64,000 nt of DNA from Neoechinorhynchus agilis (taxonomy: Eukaryota > Animalia > Acanthocephala): the NCBI GenBank assembly GCA_051530055.1, contig CM121341.1, positions 6,488,784-6,552,783 on the forward strand. Direction: 5' to 3'. Shown in pieces: positions 1 through 9,923 of this stretch. Within the stretch, counting starts at the first letter, position 1; each line of letters opens with the position of its first letter. The notes under the pieces are model-generated. The model searched no databases, was not told the origin of the DNA, and saw only the letters and a list, made by a program, of their open reading frames with translations. Both the position numbers and the translations under genes were made by a program.

Positions 1-231
1 TCATTAGCCGACATGGCTTTGTTTGGTAGTCTCCCATTGGGAGGGGGGGAAGCAGGGTTGGATTTCTAAAAGGCCACTAATCATTCATCGGGAAAAAAAC
101 GCTCAATCGATATTGCCATGTTTGATTCGATTGAACCCCCGTTGCCTCATAATTGCCAATCAGTAATGGTATATAATATTGAAAATGTTGATATGTGAGA
201 AGGTAACAGTGAAATGTTATTGGAATTATTG

Positions 232-381
232 TGTTTAGAGGTCTTCACCCGCGGTAAATGATTATTTCGACTCTCGTCGGGTTCCCACTTGTATTTTAGG
301 ACTGATGATGAACCCGACGAGGTTCGCAGAACTTCCTTTTATTCGAAATAATCATTTACCGCGGGTGAAGACTTCTAAACA
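232..381. repeat. Fold-back element with 39-bp inverted arms and a degenerate hammerhead-like core (probably Penelope pLTR-derived)
   Basis: 232-270 is the reverse complement of 343-381 with 1 mismatch. Inner inverted pair CTCGTCGGGTTC / GAACCCGACGAG. CTGATGA-T-GAAC...GTTC core at 302-325. The right arm recurs at about 34978-35049. Confidence 0.7.
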
Positions 382-501
382 AAAGTTCCGTGTATAATAT
401 TATTTGTTAGCTGTAAAACCATGTGATAACAAAATCTAGAGATCATGTCTACACTAATAACTCCTTAAAAACTTTATTGCTAGATTTTTTTGAGGCTTAA
501 G

Positions 502-1584
502 ATGTGTGGACGAACCTCTTGGTAAGCAATAATCAATTTTTGTCGTTTAATGAAAATGTGATTTGTCGATAGTTCTCGACACCCAAACCAACTCAGAGCT
601 CTGTGCACCTATCGCAACGGTCGTAGTGCCAACAAACAACCAGAAGTAATCCAAGGTTCCTATGCACTTAAGTACAATCATTCGCCTGGAATGGTAGCTC
701 CGGCAATCATTTCATCGGCTCATCTTTACGACGACGTTAGTTCGAATGACCGTACAATTGTTCCAATGCAGTTTGGACTCATAAGGAACATTATTGGTGG
801 CTCAGGGCGAATCATCAATTGCCGAGCCGAGACCATTCACGAAAAACCAATGTTTTCAAGCCTGCTTCGAAAAGGACAACGGTGTATTGTGCTGGTAGAT
901 GGGTTCTATGAGTGGAAGAAAATTGGCAACAAACAAAAACAACCTTATTTTTTCTACTCCCAAAAACAACTCAAATCCAAGAAAACCGGAGGACCCATGA
1001 ATACGGTCACAATGCTGGCTGCGCTTTTTGACAGAAGACCGCCAACTGAAGATGGCCAAGAGGAATCGTATTGCTTTTCAATTGTCACTACTAGACCAAG
1101 CTTCGACATGAAACCAATTCACGACCGAATGCCAGTTGTTTTGGAGGACGAGTATGACATTGAAACGTGGTTAGACTTTAAAAACTATTCAACTGCAAAA
1201 GCTCTAAAAGTGCTTGGCCCTTGTGAAGATTTGGAGTATTATCCTGTTTCCACAAAGGTCGGAAACGTCGCAAACAATGCTCCTGAGCTCATACAGCCCG
1301 CTCAAGAATATGGACTGGGTGCTTTTGTTAAGAAAGAGCCAAGAACGCAATCGACTGTAAGAGGCCGGTCTAATTCAAGATCAACGAGAAAAACTCGATC
1401 TCGCACTCGATCGCCTTCTACATTTTCTAGAAAAAGTCGATCACCTAAAAGATCTCAGAGAAGAAGTCAGTCATCAAGGAGGACTCGGTCGCGTTCTCGA
1501 TCATCCCGCAATACTCCATTTAAGTCAAACGTAAAGAAGCGATCTCCAATTAGAAGTTTTAGAAAATCACCAAGGAGAAAATAA
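502..1584 (+). CDS. HMCES: SRAP-domain abasic-site crosslinking protein with an RS-rich C-terminal tail; join(502..521,573..1584)
   Basis: The spliced start gives MCGRTSC (catalytic Cys2 motif) via a 51-nt GT-AG intron that is in frame with ORF 691-1584. SRAP motifs NCRAET, DGFYEW, QPYF and IHDRMPV are present. Confidence 0.93.
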
Positions 1585-2290
1585 TGCGTAGATCGCTAAT
1601 GTGGAGCAGAGATGCGTTCTCCATAGAATTCTGCAGCAGGGAGAAAATATATACGTATATCTTTTTCTATGTGCATTATCTTCGTCAAAAAGTCATGGGA
1701 ACCCTGGCAGCACTCACCTTCTTATCGATTGTGTTCGATTTAAACGCCCATGAACCTAGATCTCGATATAGATCAGCAGTCACACTAAATAGTGGGCCGA
1801 TTCAAATTGTAGTGAATTCTTTAAATTCTAATGTGGAACACCGAAGTACGAAAAAATTCTTCGTTCAAAGAGAAGCCTGAATTCGTTCCTTATTGTGCAA
1901 ATACAAAAACACGTTGAATGCCCCAATTGTTCTTGTCGTTCATGTCGATTTCATTGTGTATTTAAGGTCATTAGCCTAGTTTTATAAACGATTTTTTTGT
2001 AGCTATGAAGACAATTTAAATCTGCACAAAAGGCAAAAGGAACTTGGGAACTTTAGCATAACGATTTTTTGAATTTTTTATATCAATCACTAACAATAAT
2101 GTTTTAATGCATTCCACACATTATTTCTGGGCACATGCGAGCGACTATTGGTTTATCCCAATTATTTTAAACTTACAACGCTAAGGGACTATATATCTAA
2201 GGGCTATTGTACTTTCAAATCTACAACCATTCAAATGATCGGTGGATAAACTCTGGGCCTAAAGGCTTTTAAAACTTACCTTTAAATCAG

Positions 2291-3320
2291 CGCAATCGAC
2301 CCACACCATAATCGCCAATTTCATCGACATAAACGGCCAACGGAAAAGCGTGGTTATTAGTGATCATTTCGATCTATCTCAATTGGATTCCACGTCGGTG
2401 CTTCTTCCACCTGACTATCAACATCGCCGATGGGTGTTTCTTGTACACGGCTACGTCTTTTTCCTCGACTTCCAATTTCGATGGAACTGGCAGCGCGAGG
2501 TTATCAACGAATTAATGCATACGAAGGACGCTCATAGCCTCATTGTTGTTCAAGTCGAATGGAGGCATTTGGCTCAACAAATATGGTACCCTGAAGTGCT
2601 GAAAAACGTTGTGCATGTAGGCAGCCAAGTTTCACGAATCGCAGGATTTCTCAACATCGAAAGCATTCATTGCGTTGGGTTCAGCCTTGGATCACACGTA
2701 TGAAGATCTAGTGATGAACGCGCTCAAGGGAGTGAAGTGCTGAATGCGCTCATTACGGAGTATGTGGTTCGTTTGGAAGAGATTACTACAAAAATAATGG
2801 TAAACTAATCGATCGAATTACGGGTCTTGATCCGCCCGCCTTAAAGTCGAATGATGTGCGTGTTCCAAATTTAAGCAAATGCGATGCCGAGTACGTTGAT
2901 GTGATCCATACATCCCGAAGTTTCGGGAACGAACACCCACTTGGCCATGCTGATTTTTATCCAGATGGGGGAAGAAGTCAATCTCCTAGATGCAGAAATA
3001 TAATCAACGAATATACAGGACCTCGTGGAAATACTGGAATATTGAGAGCGTCAATAGCTGCATTTGCACGAAATTTCTATAAAGGATCCACATGCAATCA
3101 CTACCAAGCTGTTAGATTATTTTTATCTTCAATCAATCAATGTTTATACCTTGGCATTAGATGTCGAGACTATACGGCGTTCTATAAACGCAAATGCAGA
3201 GATGATTACGCACTCATGGGTTGGCAAAGCACGAAACCACAAAAGGAGAGCAAAGTTGCAAAGTACTTTCTAGAAACACATCAAGAATATCCTTACTGTT
3301 CATTAAACAAGGTAAGATGA
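2291..3320 (+). CDS. Pancreatic lipase / phospholipase A1-family lipase (multi-exon; 5' exon uncertain, possibly from ATG 1695)
   Basis: Motifs VFLVHGY, GFSLGSH (GxSxG), RITGLDP, DAEYVDVIHT, GHADFYPDGG and CNHYQAV. A 62-nt interruption at 2698-2759 must be removed to keep the frame. Confidence 0.85.
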
Positions 3321-3340
3321 ACATTTCGTATATAGAAAAA

Positions 3341-4875
3341 ATAGTTTTGATTTTAACCGAACATAGCAACAATTGCATGAAGCGAATTTTAGTTTGAAGA
3401 CTTAACAGGAAAAGACGCAGTACTTCACCGACGATAAAAAAAATTGCATGAAGCAAATTTTAGTATGAAGAATTTACAAAAAAAGACGGCTTACTTCAGC
3501 GACCATAACAAAAATTGTATGAAGCAAATTTTACTTTGAAGACTTAACAGAAAAAGACGGATTACTTCACCGGTCATAACAAAGATTGTATGAAGCAAAT
3601 TTTAGTTTGAAGACTTAACAGAAAAAGACGGCTTACTTCAGCGACCATAACAAAGATTGTATGAAGCAAATTTTAGTTTGAAGAATTTACAAAAAAAGAC
3701 GGCTTACTTCAGCGATCACAACAAAAATTGTACTAGGCAAATTTTAGTTTGAAGATTTTACAAAATGAAGACGAATAACTTCACCGATCATAACAAAGAT
3801 TGTATGAAGCAAATTTTAGTTTGAAGACTTAACAGAAAAAGACGGCTTACTTCAGCGATCATAACAAAAGTTGCATGGAGCAAATTTTAGTTTGAAGACT
3901 TAACAGAAAAAAACGGATTACTTCACCGATCACAACAAAAATTGTATTTGGCAAATTTTAGTTTGAAGATTTTACAACATCAAGACGAATTACTTCACCG
4001 ATCATAACAAAGATTGTATGAAGCAAATTTTAGTTTGAAGACTTAACAGAAAAAGACGGCTTACTTCAGCGATCATAACAAAAGTTGCATGGAGCAAATT
4101 TTAGTTTGAAGACTAAACAGAAAAAAACGGATTACTTCATCGATCACAACAAAAATTGTATTAGGCAAATTTTAGTTTGAAGATTTTACAAAATCAAGAC
4201 GAATTACTTCACCGATCATAACAAAGATTGTATGAAGCAAATTTTAGTTTGAAGAATTTACAAAAAAAGACGGCTTACTTCAGCGATCATAACAAAAGTT
4301 GCATGGAGCAAATTTTAGTTTGAAGACTTAACAAAAAAAGACGGATTACTTCATCGATCACAACAAAAATTGTATTAGGCAAATTTTAGTTTGAAGATTT
4401 TACAAAATCAAGACGAATTACTTCACCGATCATAACAAAGATTGTATGAAGCAAATTTTAGTTTGAATAATTTACAAAAAAAGACGGCTTACTTCAGCGA
4501 TCATAACAAAAGTTGCATGGAGCAAATTTTAGTTTGAAGACTTAACAGAAAAAGACGGATTACTTCATCGATCACAACAAAAATTGTATTAGGCAAATTT
4601 TAGTTTGAAGATTTTACAAAATCAAGACGAATTACTTCACCGATCATAACAAAAATTGTATTAGGCAAATTTTAGTTTGAAGATTTTACAAAATCAAGAC
4701 GAATTACTTCACCGATCATAACAAAGATTGTATGAAGCAAATTTTAGTTTGAATAATTTACAAAAAAAGACGGCTTACTTCAGCGATCATAACAAAAGTT
4801 GCATGGAGCAAATTTTAGTTTGAAGACTTAACAGAAAAAGACGGATTACTTCACCGATCACAACAAAAATTGCAC
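3341..4875. repeat. Satellite of about 25 x 60-bp units with a partial 3-unit (~180 bp) higher-order period
   Basis: Recurrent AAATTTTAGTTTGAAGA...GACG..TACTTCA.CGATCA.AACAAA. Three unit variants cycle in order in the distal half. No ORF of 60 aa or more on either strand. Confidence 0.95.
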
Positions 4876-4881
4876 TTGTAT

Positions 4882-5460
4882 TGTGGTAGCTGGCATCAGT
4901 AGATCCAAAAATCTACTGTCCCCGCACAAAAATGGTTGTTTTATTCAACATAACACGGAAAACGTTAGCATGAACATTATGATGGCGTTAATGGTCACTA
5001 CATAGCCCCCTCAAGAAGGTTCTTCCGTTTTTTTGCGAGGTCTGCGTCGTTTTGGAGGTTGAGCGAGAATGACGGGTGATGTTGGATTGTTATGCACTTG
5101 TTTGAGGCGGTCTATCGATACGTTCTCTGGTTTTCCACCGAGATCGATCATGAAAAACTTTTCGTTGTGATCGAGTACTTTGTGAGGTCCGGTATTCGGC
5201 GCCTGTATAGGATTCCCATGCTGACCACGTCTGACAAAAACGAACGATGCTCTGCTGGGAGCGTGTGGTACAAACGTCACGTAGCCGTTGTAGATGAGTG
5301 TGAGAATCGACTTGGCTAAGTGAAGAATTAAGAAAATCGGCAGATATGTTGATGGCACTTCCATATACATGCTCTGCTGCCGAGGAATCAAGGTCGGCTT
5401 TGGGCGCGGTGCGAATTCCTAACAACGTCCAAAGCAATTTGTCGATCCAACGTCACAATT
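4882..5460 (-). mobile_element. Gypsy LTR retrotransposon 3' fragment (integrase C-terminus, PPT, short 3' LTR at 4882-5002)
   Basis: Frameshifted LLGIRTAPKADL...AEHVYG and VFVRR...GPHKVL...VSIDRLK. Purine tract GAGGGGG is followed by TGTAGTG...CCACA (TG..CA) containing AATAAA. Confidence 0.8.
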
Positions 5461-5666
5461 TATTGGATATTCGTGTTTAAAACAAGGTGTTTTTTTATAA
5501 AACGGCCATAAAATCGAAATTTAGAAGTTAACTGACATTGCTTTCGATCTAAAAGCCATAAATAATGAAATCGCTTTCTCCACCGATTTCGGTCTGGGAA
5601 ACGCTGGTCATCGCTCAATGCCCCAAGACCTTACGGTTACAAGTTTGTACATCCCTCTGGGTTCTC
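5455..5666. repeat. Internally deleted copy of 18880-19321 (left flank and first part of the 246-bp array unit)
   Basis: 5455-5577 matches 18880-19002, and 5579-5666 matches 19235-19321. Confidence 0.85.
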
Positions 5667-5689
5667 ATGTATGTTAACATCAAACTAAA

Positions 5690-6690
5690 ATCTAGGACCC
5701 TCATAAACGACGTTCTACTTTATTTCGAAAGAATAACCGATATTTCGACTCGTGGATCAACAATGGCCGTTGTTGAGAATCGCAATTATTTCGTTCCCTT
5801 TGGCGTCGAAACACTCTGCCCTGGTCAAACGATTGTCCAAGAAACTCAGACGATTCGAGGGTATTCCTTATACAAAACCCGGGTATGATATAAATCAAGA
5901 CGGCAGCTTAGGGGTCTTTATCCCCAAATTATCGTACAAGGTTCGCACAGCAACATTTTTCAAACATAAGGAAGGATTGGCTAAGCTCGACGGCAAGGTG
6001 AGGGCTTGTCTCGAGCGTATTTTAAATGTCCAGCTTTCACTTTCTTCCAGACGGAGTTTAAATGAAATTAATTCTCTAGTGTTTAATTTTGTTTTTAGGC
6101 AAATGCACCGAGGAGAATCGACTATAGGATCAGGTTAGAGAAGATCGCAATGAGAACGGAATGTGATAATCTAAATATCTCGATCTGGAAACTTGAGCGT
6201 TTCTATGAATCTGTCCTCAAGAATCGTGGGGTGAATTCCAATGTATCACAAAGGATGTTAAGAGGGGTCAATATGCTCAAGTCACTTACGCAGATATTTC
6301 CAGTGAAGATCGATAAAGGATATGGGTATTGTGTATTAAGTCAGCAACAGTGACCAACAATTTCACCCGACGGATGAAGGAGCACGAATCATCAGTTGTT
6401 CGCAACACGGATATTAGTTCCGCGGTGGTGGCCCATGCAAAAAACACAGGGCACACTATTGATTTTAGTGCCGCTACAACACTAGTTTGCAATGGTCGGC
6501 GTATCGAACGTATTGCGATCGAATCCTTATAAATAGGTTCGAAACGTTCGAGGGCAATAAACCTGATTTCAAATTAAGGATGCGACTCCCACCGGATGTT
6601 ATGTGACGCGTGAATTGAGAATCCCTGTGTTTTAGATCGCCGAAGAAGATCCAAGATAGTGGATCGAAATATCCAATAAAATCTTAATTT
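5690..6690 (+). mobile_element. Penelope-like element 3' relic (RT thumb region + GIY-YIG endonuclease)
   Basis: RRMKEH...SAVVAHAKNTGHTIDF...RIAIES matches the PLE GIY-YIG C-terminus. A hammerhead-like motif follows at the 3' end. The frame is broken. Confidence 0.75.
6631..6684 (+). ncRNA. Minimal type I hammerhead ribozyme motif (PLE-associated; stem I degenerate)
   Basis: CCGAAGA (6640-6646), A, perfect stem II GATCC/GGATC with 8-nt loop, GAAAT-ATC (cleavage after C6673). Stem I is only partly paired with CAATAAAA. Confidence 0.6.
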
Positions 6691-6719
6691 CATTTTCTCC
6701 TATCGACAAATAACAATGA

Positions 6720-7140
6720 ATTATCTTTTCAACACAGCTACTGATAGTAGCCTGTCAACGCGGGGTCGGTGTGCCGCTCCACTTGGTGATGCGGCAACGA
6801 ACAGGAGCAACAAAATCCACCAGTGCAACGGGAAAAAGCGAGGGCGTCGTAGCTCTCGCCGGCGACTTGAGTGTCCAAATGAGCGAAACTGTCGCCGGAG
6901 GCAACGAAAGCGTCAGTCGAAGCTCATCACCGTGGTGGGTACGGACTTGGCCCAGCTATTTCAGATAGAAGAGGACTACGAATCGGATCCTTGAATTGTA
7001 AGGGTCTGCGAGCGCAATGGCGTAGGGGAACCCGGGCCAAATAGGCAAGGGACGCCAGAATGGATCTGGTCTTTCTACAAGAATTGCGCATAAGAGGCCA
7101 GTCAGGCACAGACGTAAATCAGGAGGATTTAGGAGGGGGC
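6720..7140 (+). repeat. Interspersed repeat; inverted copy at about 42150-42620 next to the RTE LINE
   Basis: Near-identical reverse-complement match; the same Arg-rich and EEDYESDP ORF fragments occur at both sites. Confidence 0.8.
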
Positions 7141-7384
7141 TAATCAATCTGGAAAATTAGTATAAAACGGGGAAAACATCAGCGAATATCGATATTTGGC
7201 CTCACTGCGCTTATAAGATATAACTCACTCTCGCGTTCCCATTAAAATGTCAAAATCAAAAATTAACAAATAATTTTAAACTTTTTTTTACCACCGCACG
7301 CAATCGTAATTCTTCTAAAAGATCAGATATAAAAAATCGATCTGCATTGGTGTTCATTGTAAATTGGGTCTTCGTTCCCATCAT

Positions 7385-8130
7385 TTAAAGGCAACTCTGT
7401 AAATGACAGTAAATGTTTCCATGAGCTACGGAATCGCATAATTTTCTATTGCATTGATAGGACCAATAGGTGTTTGCGGTTTCGTTCTGAAAATGATTCG
7501 TGCCACAAAAGTAATAGTCGTTTGCGTAGTAATATTCAACCGAAAAATAGTGATGCTTTACGTCCGAAATCATCGCAGGATTTCCAATGTGATCGTTCAT
7601 GTCGCTGCCGTAAACAATTTTCCCCACAATTTGCTTTCTATGTTTTAAGCGACGGTTTCCAAACCACGACTAAAAACGCTTCTGACAAAAAATATTTCCG
7701 AAATCTCGACAAACCTTCACATTTTTTGTTGGTATTCGTAATTGAAGTGAAATGTCGTTTTGTGTTTCTTTACTGGGCAATGGATTCGAACGATAAAACT
7801 CCTCCAATATCGCTATCTGCTGCTTCGTATATTTCAATCTCGGATTTTTATGTGAGCGGAAGGAGGTAATGTTCTTATGCCTAAAACAATGTTATTAATA
7901 TTTAAAACGCAAACCTTTTTAATATTTTGGTTACACAACTGTGAGAAACCCTCGTTGTTTCCGCAATCGCGAATTTCGGCAATCCTGCATTTGACAATCT
8001 TATTATTTCTCGTTTCAAAAAATCACATAGAGTTTCCCCTCTGACATACGGCCGTCCCATTTGATTCAGAGTTCCTTCATTCGAAAATAATAATTTCATG
8101 AAAAGAGATCAAATTCTTACCGTAAAACAT
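7385..8130 (-). CDS. Pax-like transcription factor, PAI subdomain + Gly50 homeodomain, no RED subdomain (206 aa); complement(join(7385..7669,7715..7880,7915..8074,8121..8130))
   Basis: Three GT-AG introns (46, 34, 45 nt) give a continuous 621-nt frame: MFYGTLNQMGRPYVRGETL...RVSHSCVTKILKR, then KNPRLKYTKQQIAILEEFY...VKSWFGNRRLKHRKQ. Confidence 0.88.
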
Positions 8131-8190
8131 TTCTATGAAAACGAGTGAGCAAATTATATTTTATAAGAACCGTGAAGCTAAATATCGGTA

Positions 8191-8723
8191 TTCGCTAATG
8201 CTTTCTCCATTTTATACTGATTTTTCACGCTAATGAACATTATCTTTGAATGTAGTAGTTTATTGTTTTTTTGACCATTAAGAAATCCGTTAGAAAAAAG
8301 ATGGACGGTGATTGGCTATTTGCTTGATTAAATGGAGAAACTAATTAAAGTAGGAGGTAATGATTTCGGCGATTAAATACCAATACTTTCAAATGTTATG
8401 TACGATGCAAACTGATTCCTTTATATTATTACATTTCGTGCCTTATCAGTGCTTATCATCCTCGACATGCCACAATCAAACAACTATTAGAAGTGTCCAT
8501 TTGAGACTTTATTTGAGGCTCTAAGAATACCAAAATAGAAAAGGGCTTGTCACTGACGTAGACATCCAGTCTCGGTTACACCTCAAAAACATAAGAACGA
8601 ATTCTATGCGAGGTTACTTTTACTATGTGAGGCAAGCTCAACACGAGTCCCATGAAAAAATATCTTGAAGCATTTGGTTTAAAAGGCTTGACAAGACTCG
8701 TAGTCCTGGACTAAAATCGTGCA
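8191..8723. promoter_or_regulatory. Shared bidirectional Pax/LRR promoter module (homologs upstream of every LRR gene)
   Basis: Conserved blocks across copies: CGCTAATG x2, GATTGGCT (CCAAT, reverse), TGACGT, GAGGT(A/T)ACCTCAACACGAGT, a TATAAAA-like box in most copies, and the TAGTC-nnn-GACTA hairpin just before the ATG. Confidence 0.6.
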
Positions 8724-9923
8724 ATGAATTTCCAACTCTTTGTCTTAAGTTTTCTATTTGGCCTACTGGTTTACGGAGATGAAATACTGTCAGACAAATG
8801 CATTATCCTAGATCTGATTAGAGTGGATTTTTCGATTCAGTGTGGTTCCAGCCATGACAATGCCACTACACTTATTGAAGCTTTAAATACAAAAGTAAAT
8901 GAATCAGTAGTCAGACTTTCCATTACAGGTGTTGGTATCGATAAAATTCCAAATAATCTATCTGACATACTACCAAATGTTACAACCTTAAAGCTTGGAA
9001 ATCCACCTTCAACAAAGTATGAGATATGCACCGGAAAATGTACAAGCAAGTTCTATAACATTGAAAGACTTGAGTTGATAAATATGAATATAAGTGAAAT
9101 GGAATTCACTACACCGCATCCAAATCTCAAAGATTTAAGAATTTTTGGTGGAGAGATGGCCCAACTGGATAAATCATTTGGAACAAAGCTTCCTAACCTT
9201 GAATGGCTCATTATTATCTATAGTAAACTGTCGAGTCTTGGCGTAATCAAAAATATTTGCTCACTTCGGCACTTACTCTTGGATGAAAATAATATAACTT
9301 CACTCGATATTGACAACGCAACTTGTTTCCAAAACCTTATCGGGCTTACTCTGTACGGAAACGCGATTGATTCGGTGACAATCGATCCCAGCGCTGTATC
9401 ACAACTCAAATATCTTCTAATGGATTTCCATGGCGATCTTAATCAATTAATTAAAAGTCTGAACTTACCAGAACTGACAAGCTTGAGTGTAAGAAAGTCG
9501 AATAGTAAGATATTTAATGCTTCTAACCTGGAAAAGCTACCTAAACTGAAAGGTTTGTATTTTGAGGATGGCAAATTGGAAAGAGTGCCGATGGGTAACC
9601 AACAGACTAAGGAAAATATATTGATCCTTAGCCTTGCAAATAACAATATCAATATTGTAAATGAATCGGATTTTGTAGGATGGACAAATCTACGTCAACT
9701 TTATTTAAATCAAAACAACATCAAGAACTTATCATCGAATTCATTCTCGAAGCTGATTAGTTTATGGTTTCTTGATTTAAGCAACAACTTTATGACGGAA
9801 TCATACACCAGTGCTTTCCTAGGTCTACCAAGTTCGACAACAGTGTTCCTTGGCGGGAATCCAGTAACTACTATTCCGCCATCTATTCTTGCACCTCTAA
9901 CGAGTAACAACCAACCGGAATAA
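8724..9923 (+). CDS. Secreted leucine-rich repeat protein, paralog 1 (399 aa, intronless)
   Basis: Hydrophobic signal peptide MNFQLFVLSFLFGLLVYG, Cys-containing N-cap, about a dozen LxxLxLxxN repeats and many N-glycosylation sequons. No TM or GPI-like tail. Confidence 0.92.
   Translation: MNFQLFVLSFLFGLLVYGDEILSDKCIILDLIRVDFSIQCGSSHDNATTLIEALNTKVNESVVRLSITGVGIDKIPNNLSDILPNVTTLKLGNPPSTKYEICTGKCTSKFYNIERLELINMNISEMEFTTPHPNLKDLRIFGGEMAQLDKSFGTKLPNLEWLIIIYSKLSSLGVIKNICSLRHLLLDENNITSLDIDNATCFQNLIGLTLYGNAIDSVTIDPSAVSQLKYLLMDFHGDLNQLIKSLNLPELTSLSVRKSNSKIFNASNLEKLPKLKGLYFEDGKLERVPMGNQQTKENILILSLANNNINIVNESDFVGWTNLRQLYLNQNNIKNLSSNSFSKLISLWFLDLSNNFMTESYTSAFLGLPSSTTVFLGGNPVTTIPPSILAPLTSNNQPE

Noticed and set aside
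1-120. Possible start of a minus-strand gene leaving the window
   Set aside because: Only a short open stretch after a TTTTAG; insufficient evidence.
1584-1880. 98-aa ORF overlapping the HMCES stop
   Set aside because: No domain. At most its MGTLAALTFL part is a 5' exon of the lipase, which I could not link by splicing.
2710-2745. C/D-box snoRNA in the lipase intron (GTGATGA...CTGA)
   Set aside because: The boxes are only about 30 nt apart, too short for a guide snoRNA.
3341-4875. CRISPR-like array
   Set aside because: Whole units are homologous with no unique spacers, there are no cas genes, and the context is spliceosomal eukaryotic.
7902-8099. ORF-track start MKLLFSNEG for the Pax-like protein, and a Tc1 transposase interpretation
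   Set aside because: That ATG lies in intron 1 and is lost in copy 2. NQxG..YVxG and RVSHSCV are Pax-type, a homeodomain follows, and there is no DDE domain or TIR.
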